Counted from the stretch's first letter, positions 28,526-37,862 are shown. The stretch: 64,000 nucleotides of DNA from a virus (IMGVR_UViG_3300025875_000005:32899-96898); one strand, 5' to 3'. Numbers and translations are program-made. The notes: generated by a model not told the origin, from the letters alone.

Positions 28526-28593
28526 AACCCACCTCTTTCTATCCCCTCAGGGACAACTACAATTTACCCCAAACTACCCTAGTTTGTCAAGGA

Positions 28594-29568
28594 TTACTTC
28601 TTCTTGGAGCGCTGGATAAGGACTGGAGAGGCCCCGGAGTTGTCGTAAGCAGACCACTTACTGAAGAGGGGCTTCATCTTGTCGAAGTTGGCCTCGTTGT
28701 TCTTGTTGCCCAGAACCACATCCACGGGAACCAAGCGACCACGCTTGCCCTCACGACCAAGGTAGCGACCCACAGCGCGCTTTGCAGCCTCCTGACGGGG
28801 CAGGTGCATGTAGTGACCCTGAACGTCGTAGCCCTTGGCAGAGAACTGCTTGATGGTCCCAATCATTGAGTCGGACCGGAGGGTGCCGTCAATGACCACG
28901 TTGAGCTTGCGGCGCATCGCCATGGCCTGCACCCGGTCAAGGATGTAGCTGGACTCCTGATGGACCTGAGCGGCATTCCAGCCCTGATACGGGGGGCGAA
29001 GGAGGCCCTTGATGTGGTCAGAGTCCAGGACCATGTGCTTGTCCCCGTCGAACTCCTTGATCTTTCCGTTGGTGAAGGAGGACTTGCCGGAACCACCCCG
29101 ACCACCCAGGACCACCATGGAGGGCTTCTCTCCAGGGGCAGGGGTCGCCTTCTTCACGTCATCCACGTTGAAGATGGAGGCAAGGATCTTGTCATGCAGC
29201 GCCATGCGCTCTGCCGTGTAGACGGTCTCTGCCGGACCTTCCTTGGTGTAGAGCTTGTCGGACCCGTCGAGACCATTGGTCTCCTTGATCTTGTCCGCAA
29301 TCTCCTTGCGCTCTGCCTCGGAGAACTTGGAGAGGATGGAGTCAGGGGTGACGTTTGGGTCATCCTTGCTCTTGGCGTAGTCAGCAAGGCTCCCCTTATG
29401 AGGCCCCTCCACGTCCCCGTCATGGCTTCCACCGGTACCACCACTCCCTGCTGAGTCCCCGCCCCCACGACCATTGGCAGGGGCAAACTTGCCGTCCTTG
29501 GCGTGGTAGGGGTTGAACTTGGTGACAACCTCGGCACCCTTCAGAATCTTGGAGTAGTTCTTGGTCAC
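28594..29568 (-). CDS. Zeta-toxin family P-loop kinase with NPYH leader
   Basis: LGGRGGSGKS, LDSDHIK, VHQESS, NVVIDGT, A..R...R and W.AYDNSG motifs. Confidence 0.85.
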   Translation of the reverse strand: MTKNYSKILKGAEVVTKFNPYHAKDGKFAPANGRGGGDSAGSGGTGGSHDGDVEGPHKGSLADYAKSKDDPNVTPDSILSKFSEAERKEIADKIKETNGLDGSDKLYTKEGPAETVYTAERMALHDKILASIFNVDDVKKATPAPGEKPSMVVLGGRGGSGKSSFTNGKIKEFDGDKHMVLDSDHIKGLLRPPYQGWNAAQVHQESSYILDRVQAMAMRRKLNVVIDGTLRSDSMIGTIKQFSAKGYDVQGHYMHLPRQEAAKRAVGRYLGREGKRGRLVPVDVVLGNKNNEANFDKMKPLFSKWSAYDNSGASPVLIQRSKKK

Positions 29569-29593
29569 GTTAGCCTCTGCAATTGGTTGCGCT

Positions 29594-29776
29594 CTACTTG
29601 GAGCGGGGCATCCCAGGATACAGAGAGTACACCTCTTCCAGGGTCATATTGAAGCTCTTGAGGAGGAGGTTCTTCACCTCTTCTCGTAGCTCTTTGGAGA
29701 CTGGGCCCTTGAAGATGGTGTCCAGGGCTTGGGAAGCGTCCCCATCCTCTACCCGCGTGTTCTTGATTGGCTTCAT
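29594..29776 (-). CDS. Small protein translationally coupled to MuF
   Basis: ATGA overlap with the MuF stop; MKPIKNTRVEDG..., 60 aa. Confidence 0.6.
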   Translation of the reverse strand: MKPIKNTRVEDGDASQALDTIFKGPVSKELREEVKNLLLKSFNMTLEEVYSLYPGMPRSK

Positions 29777-31365
29777 GGGAATGCCGCGAAGAAGACTTCC
29801 ATGACTGCTGCATCCTCGATATCCAGAAGCATTTGGATGCTCCACTTGGCCAGTAGTTGGTCGCCATATGGCAAGAACGCGAGGGCATAGATGCCCTTGG
29901 GGTTGTTCATGTCCAGGATGGCGTTGAGGTTCTGCTGTTCAGTCGGGTCAGAGGGCCAGTGCTTCGCAAGCTCCCCACCCTCCTTCAGAGCTTCCTCGAT
30001 GTTCGTCTGGATCTTGATCCACTCCTCCTGATTGGCAGGGACAAAGCCCATCTTGGCGTAGTTGTAGACGCCTGAGCGACCACCCGCCTTGACCACGTAG
30101 GAGTCAGCCTCAAGGAGCTTCGCAAGCTCCACACTCCTCTTCAGGTGCCCTTCCAGAAATCCGGTAGTAGCTCCCGGGCTTGCTCCAATCTCCAGGTAGT
30201 TTCCGTAAAGGGTCTTGCTGAAGTTGTCGTAGACCACCTGCATCTCGACCTGTGAAGTCGGTCCCGCGAGGGGGCCGCTCACCTTGAGCTTGATGGTGTC
30301 CTCATCCCCAATGCCCACCCTCATCTCAAAGGGGGCCTTGGGCTTGATCAAGTCATCGGGAGAGAGGCCCGTGAGCTTGGAGGCAACGGCTGCCGGGGGC
30401 TGGCCAATGGTGCTGTTCCAGAGGTCCAGTTGCTTGGGCGTGATGTTGACCCCGATGGCATCGAACTCCTTGGGGGTCTGGGGCGTCAGGACCCTCTGCT
30501 GCTCCATCTCCTTGCGGGGCTCCCCGATGACCTTCCGACCAGCCACGGCACAGAGCGTCCTGCACAAGGGATGAAAGGGAGGGATGTGGTAGCCCAGTGC
30601 GGTCAAGTCAGCGGCAGACATCTCCCGGAGGGACTTGATGGTCTTGGCGTCCTGCTTGGGCCATGGATGGAGGTTCTTCACGGTCTCAGCATCCTGAGCC
30701 TGGAGAATCCTGTTGATGCTTGAGCGGGCGTCCTCCACCTCGAAGGTCTTCCCATGGGCCACGTAGCGGCAGTAGTGGGAGGTTCGTCCATCCAGGACAG
30801 CCGTGAGTCGGTACTGGGTGACTCCACGGACATCTGCCTCAGCCGTGAAGCCCCACACAGCCAGTCGGGAGCTATGGAGGCTGGAAATCAGCTGGAGGCG
30901 AGCATCTGCATCGCTCTTGAATGACACGAACTCCTTCACGTATCGCTGGCCTTGGTAGAACGTGTCAGCCTTCTTGACCATCTCGGGGTACTGACGGGCT
31001 GCAATCAGTTGCGCCAGGGAGGTATAGGCTGCCTGGAAGGCTGAGACTTCCACATCCCTGAGAAGGGCATCCGCTGCCTGTCCCAGGAGAATCTCGTAGC
31101 TCCCCGTCTCCAGGGCTGTGTCCTTGGCCACCATCTGGGCCCCGAACTTGGCCGCCGCAAATAGCTGGTACTTCAGCCAGTCGTAATGGTTCTCCCGGAT
31201 GACCGAGAAATCCAGCTGGCCCGCGAAGTCGTAGGCAGCGGCATAGTCAGAGTCCTCCATCGCATCAGTGACCTGAGAGAACACCTGTGCTGCCAAGGGG
31301 CCCCATGCCTTCTGGAGCCTCTTGGTCAGGGCCATCTCAATCTTCAGGTAAGCCCGGGGGTCCAT
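29773..31365 (-). CDS. Minor head protein (MuF / SPP1 gp7 family) with C-terminal extension
   Basis: AVLDGRTSHYC and IPPFHPLCRT MuF motifs; directly after the portal gene. Confidence 0.8.
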   Translation of the reverse strand: MDPRAYLKIEMALTKRLQKAWGPLAAQVFSQVTDAMEDSDYAAAYDFAGQLDFSVIRENHYDWLKYQLFAAAKFGAQMVAKDTALETGSYEILLGQAADALLRDVEVSAFQAAYTSLAQLIAARQYPEMVKKADTFYQGQRYVKEFVSFKSDADARLQLISSLHSSRLAVWGFTAEADVRGVTQYRLTAVLDGRTSHYCRYVAHGKTFEVEDARSSINRILQAQDAETVKNLHPWPKQDAKTIKSLREMSAADLTALGYHIPPFHPLCRTLCAVAGRKVIGEPRKEMEQQRVLTPQTPKEFDAIGVNITPKQLDLWNSTIGQPPAAVASKLTGLSPDDLIKPKAPFEMRVGIGDEDTIKLKVSGPLAGPTSQVEMQVVYDNFSKTLYGNYLEIGASPGATTGFLEGHLKRSVELAKLLEADSYVVKAGGRSGVYNYAKMGFVPANQEEWIKIQTNIEEALKEGGELAKHWPSDPTEQQNLNAILDMNNPKGIYALAFLPYGDQLLAKWSIQMLLDIEDAAVMEVFFAAFP

Positions 31366-33102
31366 TTACTCGGTCTCAGTTTCCGGGGCGTTGGCGTGGT
31401 TGATGAGAAGGGTCGTAACGAAGGCCTTATCGTCCACGCTAAGCTCATCCACCTGCTTACGGATGGTCTCCCGGTCTGCCTCGGAGAAGTCGAACTTGGA
31501 GGGGATGAGACCCTCTGCCCGACCCCACTCCTGAGCGAGAGCCGCCATCTTCTGGACCTTCTTGGCAGGCTTCTCAGGGGCAATGGACCCAGCGGTCTTG
31601 GCCTTGGGGGCAACCACAGGAGCCGCCTTGGGCTTGGGCACCCCAGGAGCACCCGGAACACCAGGAGCCGCACCAGGAACCGGCATCCCAGGCTGGGGAG
31701 CGTCCTTGTTCTCCTCCAGCACCAGACCCGTAATGGTGTTCATCTCCTTGATGAAGGACTCCTTGGTCGTCACGTCCTTCGAAAGCTCAAGGCCCTTCAT
31801 CTGAGTCTCAACGTCCTTGAGGGTGATGGGCTTTGACTTGAACTTGCACGTCTTGGCCCCCAGAGCCTTCATAACGGTCCGGTTGAAGATCTCGTCGAAC
31901 TCGGTTCGCTCGGGGCCGAAGACCTGAGCCTCAGCAACCATGTACGAGGTCTTGGCGGATGCGAAGTTGTAGTCTTCAGAGCGACCGATGAAGAGCGGGG
32001 GCAGCCGGAAGCCCACTCGAACATGGTCCTCCGTGGACTTGTCGTAGTTGGCGAACATGGCGTCGTTGGCCTTCTCCGCGCCGAACCGCTCCACGGTGAT
32101 CTTCACCCCTGCGTCCTTGTCGATAGACCCGCCTGAAGACTGGGCCTCCACAATGGCTGCACGGTACTTGTTCTTGGCCTGACCAGAGAGGTACATCCGG
32201 AGGTCATTCGCCACGTCCTTGGCCAGCGTACCACCCTGGATGAAGATGATTGCCGGGGGCATACCACCAGCGTCCAGGAAGGAGAGATTCTCCTCCTCTG
32301 CCTTGCGGGAGCCGAGAACGGACGGCAATTGGTTAATCCAGCGAGGCAGCCCATAGGGGCTGTTCAGATCCTTCTTCACCCGGAAGGCCAGAAGCTCCGT
32401 CGCTCGCACGTTGGGGTCAAGCGGGTTCTCCTCAGACTCCCACTCGCCCGTGTCCCGGTGAAGGTGACGGCTGACCCCGAACTCCCGGTAGTAGATGTAC
32501 CGGTTGGAGCCCGCTGACTGGACAAAGCGCCGTTCACGCTCCTGGACCTTGATCTTCACGTCCTTGCCGTTGCGGGAGACCGTCTTCTCCACGTCGAGAG
32601 GGGCATCCAGTCGGACCATGCGGACGCCCGTGGCAGGCATGTGCCTCAGACCCATCAAGTCCCCCTCTGCATTGCGGAGGACTTCCATGTATCCGGTACC
32701 AGAATTCTCCGAGTCGTTCCGGATGTCCGTGCGGATGGAGATAAGGGACTTGCCGGGGTAGGGCTCGTTGAGAAAGCTGAGGAGGTTCTTCTCCTCTGTC
32801 TTGTCGTGGTCCTTGCCATCCTCCACAGAGATAAGCTCATGGCCCGTGCCGTCGATGTTGACCACCATCGCCTCAATGCACTGGCTGAGGATGTTGTTCA
32901 CGGAAGAGAGTCCGGCCAGCACCTTCAAAGGGAAGGGAGGCTCCAGGACTGCCTTTGACGAATCCTTGACCCCAGCGGTGTAGCCCTTGAACTCATCCTC
33001 AGGCTCAAACTGAGAAGAAGCGAGCACCATATAGGTGTCTCCCTTCAGGACCCGCTGAACATAATGGATCGCGCTAGTGGGTTCTTCCTTCTTCTCAGCC
33101 AT
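31366..33102 (-). CDS. Portal protein (PBSX XkdE-like)
   Basis: GYMEVLRN, YGLPRW, FRLPPLFIG..DYNFASA motifs. Confidence 0.9.
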   Translation of the reverse strand: MAEKKEEPTSAIHYVQRVLKGDTYMVLASSQFEPEDEFKGYTAGVKDSSKAVLEPPFPLKVLAGLSSVNNILSQCIEAMVVNIDGTGHELISVEDGKDHDKTEEKNLLSFLNEPYPGKSLISIRTDIRNDSENSGTGYMEVLRNAEGDLMGLRHMPATGVRMVRLDAPLDVEKTVSRNGKDVKIKVQERERRFVQSAGSNRYIYYREFGVSRHLHRDTGEWESEENPLDPNVRATELLAFRVKKDLNSPYGLPRWINQLPSVLGSRKAEEENLSFLDAGGMPPAIIFIQGGTLAKDVANDLRMYLSGQAKNKYRAAIVEAQSSGGSIDKDAGVKITVERFGAEKANDAMFANYDKSTEDHVRVGFRLPPLFIGRSEDYNFASAKTSYMVAEAQVFGPERTEFDEIFNRTVMKALGAKTCKFKSKPITLKDVETQMKGLELSKDVTTKESFIKEMNTITGLVLEENKDAPQPGMPVPGAAPGVPGAPGVPKPKAAPVVAPKAKTAGSIAPEKPAKKVQKMAALAQEWGRAEGLIPSKFDFSEADRETIRKQVDELSVDDKAFVTTLLINHANAPETETE

Positions 33103-33164
33103 TGACGAACTCCATCCAAAAGGGGATGTGTTCCAGTCTACAGGCAGAAGGTCAGACGGCGCAA

Positions 33165-33404
33165 TCAGTTGCAGAACTGCAATCGACCCTTCTCATACGT
33201 CCCTAGAAGCTTGGGTTTCTTCCCTTGGGGGTACCGGACATCCAGGTTGTCCTTATCAATCTTGGTGTCTGGATGAACTCGTAAGACTACCGGTATCTGA
33301 TCGTCCCCGGGGCGCTTCATGCGCCACTGAAAGGCAGCCCCCAGGAGGTCAGTATCCATCCCCCAGGAGCCGCCGCCAATCACGAGGTAAACCCATCCGG
33401 TCAT
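33165..33404 (-). CDS. Hypothetical protein
   Basis: Short ORF behind a TTGCCT..GGGGTAAATT promoter-like site. Confidence 0.45.
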   Translation of the reverse strand: MTGWVYLVIGGGSWGMDTDLLGAAFQWRMKRPGDDQIPVVLRVHPDTKIDKDNLDVRYPQGKKPKLLGTYEKGRLQFCN

Positions 33405-33451
33405 GGAAAGGCAATTTACCCCGAACAAATCAGGCAAATCCAGACTGGGCT

Positions 33452-35833
33452 CTAAGTGACCTTCTTCTCCATCGCCTTGAACTTCTTGAGGTCATAGAGA
33501 TCCCCCATGTTTTTGCCTACCTTCGTATCGGCAATGAACTTCAATTGGGGCTTCCAACCGAGCTTTTCGAAGGGCAGGTTCTCCATGATTTCCTGCTTGC
33601 GGATGGCGTGCTTCTCCCAGTTATCCTCAGGGAGGTACGAATAGCCTGCGTCATGGATGGCAGCGAAGGCTGGGGCCTCCTTGAATCCGCCCTGCTGATG
33701 CTCCAGAGCGAAAGCCCAAATCATCATGTCAGAGAGGGTTGCCTGGACCGGGGAGTTGATAGCCTTGCGTTCTTCCCCGTTCTTGATGCCCCCGTTCTTG
33801 GAGTTGATGAGGGGCAGGTGACGAATCCGACCGAGAGGGGAACGGACGAATCCATGCTTGTGGGCAAAGGCCTTGGTCGTGTTGTGGTAGGTGACCAGAC
33901 CCGGATACGTCTTGAAGAACTTCTCTCGAATCTCCGTGGCCTGAGCGAGGGTAAGCTCCACTCCGTAGTTATTAGCCGCGTACACCTGGAAGCCTTCAGG
34001 GAACTGACCATAGAGGAGACCGAAGTTGGCAGGCTTCCCAGGCTGACGAATGGCATCGTAGCGGTCAGGGTCGGTCTCCTTGAGGGCAATCACTTCATCG
34101 TAGGTCATGCCCACGATCCCAGACCCGGTGAGGACGTGGAGGTCTTTCTTCTCCCGGTACGCCTGAATCATGGTCGCTTCATCTGCGATGCACGCCACTA
34201 CCCGAAGCTCCCCCTGGGAGTAGTCCTGCTCAGCCATCAGCCACCCTGGGGGGGTGTTGAAGATTCTCCGGATGCGCTTGCCCCAGATGGTGTGCTTGGG
34301 GACCGTCTGGATGGCGGGGGAGTTGGCTGAGAGTCTCCCGGTCACCGTGCCCCCCTTCTCATCCTTCTCCCGCTTGTTGGCAGCATGGAGGAAGTAGGAG
34401 GGGTGGAACTTCCCGTCTGACCGGATGTGCTCCTTGAAGCCTGTCACATAGGTGGAGAGGGTCTTGGTCGCTGAGCCGTAGCGGTCAAGGAGGTCTACGA
34501 AGGGCTTGGCCTCGGGAACGTCCTTGAACATGAGCATGTGCTCAAGGGTGCTGGATGGCTCCCCGGACTTCTCCGTGAACATCTTGGGCTTCAGACCCAG
34601 ACCCGTGTTGGAGAACATGAAGTCAAAGAGGAGGGAGGCCTTCTTGAGGTTGATGCCTCCCACCACCTCGGGGTTCATGTGCTTGGCATAGAGACGCCCG
34701 CCAATCACGCCCTTTGCCTCCTTCACCAGGGCCTCAATCTCTTTGTTGAGGTCGAACTCAAGCTGGTTGTAGGCCTCCATGTCGATGAAGATGCCCCCGC
34801 GCTCGATAACCTCGAAGGCACGTGCGGAGGGGTGCAAGACGTGGACGTAGAAGTCGGTGAGCTTCTTGTCCTTGAGAAGGAGCTTCTTCATCTCCTCAGA
34901 GACCTGAAGACAGGCATCCGTGTCTCCTCCCGCGTACTCAAGGAGGTCTTGGTCCTTGGGCAGGAGGTCCATGCGAGACTTGTCAATCCTTGCGTCGAAT
35001 TCATCCGAGTATCCACCGATACAGCTGTGAATCTTCGCGTGAACGTCAAGCCCGTTGGAGCGATTCTCGTCCAGACAGGACCCCAGGAGGGTCGTATCGA
35101 CCTTGAAATTGGTGCATTCAAGATTGCGGGTGTGAAACCAGTGCCAGAGAAGGTCAAACTTCCCGTTGGCCATTCTCATGGAGATCTTATCAGTGGTCAT
35201 GAGCCACTTGATTTGGTCGTAGAGCCCAGCGTTCAGGGCCTGCCGGTAGTCCTCCATGGATGAGAAGTAGCGGACGGCTGAGTATCCCGGCTTGTGACTG
35301 AACTGCCACGTCACGAACCGCTTGGTCGGGTCCACAGGGTCAAGGCCCACGGTCTCCGTGTCATGGGAACACGCTACAGGCTTACCAGTCAGGGCGTACT
35401 GGGCTTCAATCTCAGCGATGACCTTGGAGAAGTCCTCCACATACTCGTAGTGCCCCAGGATGGGCTTGTACTTGCCCGTGATGGCCACTCGGAGGGCTGA
35501 GCGAGCATCACACAGGAGGTCAACGTACATCTGGTAGTTCACAGCCAGGATGCCGGGGCTGTAGGAGAGAAGGTACTGGGCATCCCCTACCGGGATGGCC
35601 TTGTTCCTCAGGGAGGTCAGGGTTCTGTTCTTGGGGACCACCTTGAGGCTCTTGAGGAAGGCCAGACCCTCATCCCCCAGACAGAGAACCGTGTTGCCGG
35701 GGGGCAGCTGAGTGAAGTCGTTGACCACATCAATCCTGCAATCAGTTGCGCCCCCGATGGCCACCCCCAGGGCGTCAAGTATCTTGGACCGGTGATCCTT
35801 GCTCCAGATTGTCAGATTCAAAGAGGCTCCCAC
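33452..35833 (-). CDS. polA: DNA polymerase family A with 3'-5' exonuclease and a degenerate UDG-like N-terminus
   Basis: Exonuclease DTET / NGKFD / YAGGD; polymerase TGRLS, DYSQGELR, RQPGKPANFGLLYG, NSPVQ, IHD. Confidence 0.95.
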   Translation of the reverse strand: MGASLNLTIWSKDHRSKILDALGVAIGGATDCRIDVVNDFTQLPPGNTVLCLGDEGLAFLKSLKVVPKNRTLTSLRNKAIPVGDAQYLLSYSPGILAVNYQMYVDLLCDARSALRVAITGKYKPILGHYEYVEDFSKVIAEIEAQYALTGKPVACSHDTETVGLDPVDPTKRFVTWQFSHKPGYSAVRYFSSMEDYRQALNAGLYDQIKWLMTTDKISMRMANGKFDLLWHWFHTRNLECTNFKVDTTLLGSCLDENRSNGLDVHAKIHSCIGGYSDEFDARIDKSRMDLLPKDQDLLEYAGGDTDACLQVSEEMKKLLLKDKKLTDFYVHVLHPSARAFEVIERGGIFIDMEAYNQLEFDLNKEIEALVKEAKGVIGGRLYAKHMNPEVVGGINLKKASLLFDFMFSNTGLGLKPKMFTEKSGEPSSTLEHMLMFKDVPEAKPFVDLLDRYGSATKTLSTYVTGFKEHIRSDGKFHPSYFLHAANKREKDEKGGTVTGRLSANSPAIQTVPKHTIWGKRIRRIFNTPPGWLMAEQDYSQGELRVVACIADEATMIQAYREKKDLHVLTGSGIVGMTYDEVIALKETDPDRYDAIRQPGKPANFGLLYGQFPEGFQVYAANNYGVELTLAQATEIREKFFKTYPGLVTYHNTTKAFAHKHGFVRSPLGRIRHLPLINSKNGGIKNGEERKAINSPVQATLSDMMIWAFALEHQQGGFKEAPAFAAIHDAGYSYLPEDNWEKHAIRKQEIMENLPFEKLGWKPQLKFIADTKVGKNMGDLYDLKKFKAMEKKVT

Positions 35834-36192
35834 TTGCCGTTTGTGAAGATGAAAGAGGTCAAAGCGGTCAAACCCTGGAGGGATTCCTTGTAGCTACCCT
35901 TCCGGAAGTCCTTGATGGAGAGGTTTGACCCATCGAAGAAGCTCATCTCTATGTGCCGCTTACTTCCGGTATGGTCCACGTAGAGGTAAGCCCAGAGTTG
36001 CTGCCTGAAATGGACGAAAACTCCCACTTCCGAATCAGAAGCGAAGTCAGGATGGACTTTGATGTTGAAGGGGACCCGGAAGACCCCCAAGTCTCCGAAG
36101 AGGATGCCAGTACCCGAGAGGAGACCGCCCTCAGACTCCAAGGTGACGTTCAGAACGTCGGCAACGGTATAGGCGACCGTAGAGGAGGACAT
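35818..36192 (-). CDS. Hypothetical protein
   Basis: Coupled ORF upstream of the polymerase. Confidence 0.55.
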   Translation of the reverse strand: MSSSTVAYTVADVLNVTLESEGGLLSGTGILFGDLGVFRVPFNIKVHPDFASDSEVGVFVHFRQQLWAYLYVDHTGSKRHIEMSFFDGSNLSIKDFRKGSYKESLQGLTALTSFIFTNGKWEPL

Positions 36193-36419
36193 TACTCCAC
36201 CACCTTCCAGAAGGCTCCTGTGGGCCCTTGCCGGGCTTCCACTTGGGCATAGAAGACCCCACAGAAGTAGAGGTCGTAAACGTGAAGGTAGCTGCCAGGG
36301 TTCCCCTCAATCGAAACCAGCGTGGCAATGGTCTCCCCGAACTTCAGGGGGGACGGCATGGGGAGAAGATCCCCCGGCTTAGCTACCCCGAACTGCAAGT
36401 CCAAGATAGGGACTCTCAT
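36192..36419 (-). CDS. Hypothetical protein
   Basis: ATGA/TAATG coupling with both neighbours. Confidence 0.55.
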   Translation of the reverse strand: MRVPILDLQFGVAKPGDLLPMPSPLKFGETIATLVSIEGNPGSYLHVYDLYFCGVFYAQVEARQGPTGAFWKVVE

Positions 36420-37153
36420 GCCTGAATCTCTTCCAGGCTGGAGACCTTCTCAGAGAACTTCAGCGAGGGATGGAAGAAGAGGACCCCGATGACCCTGTGT
36501 GCCTCGCAATTCTTGCTCAACGTGAAGTGTGTCGAGAGGTAGCTTCCGTTGTCCGTGAAGCCAAGCTCAATCAAGGCCTCTCGCTCCTTGGGAGTAGGAG
36601 TGCCTTCCACCCGGACCGAAAGGGCATAGCTGGTAGGGTGCTTGACCGCCATTTTCATCGTGGGGCTGAGGGCAACCACGCGATAGTTGTTTGCCGTGCC
36701 TTTCACCACCTGCCCCAGAGCGGTAGCGTACTTGAGAAGGATGGGACCTTCAGGGGCCACAACTTTGGCAGTCTCACCACCCACCAAATTCTGGATGGTC
36801 GAAAGGGCGGCTGCCTTCTCAGCCTCTGTGGTGACGGGCATCCCCAGGAACGTGCCTACCGCACCCTCAGGAGATATAGCTCCCCAGTGCTGGTCGATAA
36901 TCTTCCCAAGAAAATTCACCATCAGAGCGGAGTCGTTGGGGTTAACCGGGCCCCCGTTCATGTACTTCGTCGTATTCTGAGGGAGCGTCAGCGAGTAGTT
37001 TTTGCCCTGATGCGTAACGTCCACAGTGTGGAAGTTGATGCTGAACTTGGCATCCGAGTTGAGCAGCTGAATGGTATAGGCCCGTGCCTGGACCCCAAAA
37101 GTTGCGAAGAACTTGATGAGCTTTGCATTGTCCATTGCGATTTTAACCGGCAT
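36416..37153 (-). CDS. Hypothetical protein
   Basis: Own TTGACA/TATAAC promoter (37192-37221) and GGAGTGGG RBS. Confidence 0.7.
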   Translation of the reverse strand: MPVKIAMDNAKLIKFFATFGVQARAYTIQLLNSDAKFSINFHTVDVTHQGKNYSLTLPQNTTKYMNGGPVNPNDSALMVNFLGKIIDQHWGAISPEGAVGTFLGMPVTTEAEKAAALSTIQNLVGGETAKVVAPEGPILLKYATALGQVVKGTANNYRVVALSPTMKMAVKHPTSYALSVRVEGTPTPKEREALIELGFTDNGSYLSTHFTLSKNCEAHRVIGVLFFHPSLKFSEKVSSLEEIQA

Positions 37154-37217
37154 CTTTCCCACTCCATTGGGTAACTGCTCTACCTGCGACCGTTATAGAC
37201 CCTCTCCGGGGAGTTTG

Positions 37218-37862
37218 TCAATCATCTTTCCAGATAGATTTCTGGGAGGTGACCGGGTTGATTCGAGCCTTCTGCTTCTTGCCTGGGGTCCATGTGGGGT
37301 AAGTCGTGATCCCCCCTGAGGTCGTGATGGCCGTGGAAGTGAACGCGGTCTTGCTGGGCTTCACAGGGGTTGCTCCGTAGTGCTTGATCAAGAATTCGAT
37401 CTGCTCCTGGGACTCAACTGCCTTCTTGCAGTGATGCTGACGGACCCACTGGATAGGGTCTTGCTGTCCCAGCTTGGCAGCGATGGCAGCCAGGAGGAGG
37501 CCTGTCCGACCGTGGCCCCCGATGCACCCAACCTGGATCTTCTTGCCTTCCTGCAACTGAGTGCAAAGCCATTCAACCAGCTTGAGAAATCGGGCGGGGT
37601 TCGTGGGGGCGTGACCGTCCTTGATGGGGTAGTGGACATGGGTGATGACCTTCTCTGAGGTCTCCCAGGGAAGAGCCCCCTGGACATAGGTCATGTACCC
37701 GTCGAGGCCCACGTACACGTCAAAGCCTGCCCGGGGGTAGGAACAGCTGGCCCCCAGGATCTTCCCCCCACCTAGCACCAGCGCGGAGTGAGACTCATGA
37801 CAGGAGGCCTTCTTTGCTCCCGTGTCCCACCCGAGGGAGTCCCACGAATTTGACTTGCCCAT
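37218..37862 (-). CDS. Protein-tyrosine / dual-specificity phosphatase-like (CX5R)
   Basis: YPIKDG acid loop, VGCIGGHGRTG P-loop, AVESQEQ Q-loop. Confidence 0.85.
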   Translation of the reverse strand: MGKSNSWDSLGWDTGAKKASCHESHSALVLGGGKILGASCSYPRAGFDVYVGLDGYMTYVQGALPWETSEKVITHVHYPIKDGHAPTNPARFLKLVEWLCTQLQEGKKIQVGCIGGHGRTGLLLAAIAAKLGQQDPIQWVRQHHCKKAVESQEQIEFLIKHYGATPVKPSKTAFTSTAITTSGGITTYPTWTPGKKQKARINPVTSQKSIWKDD

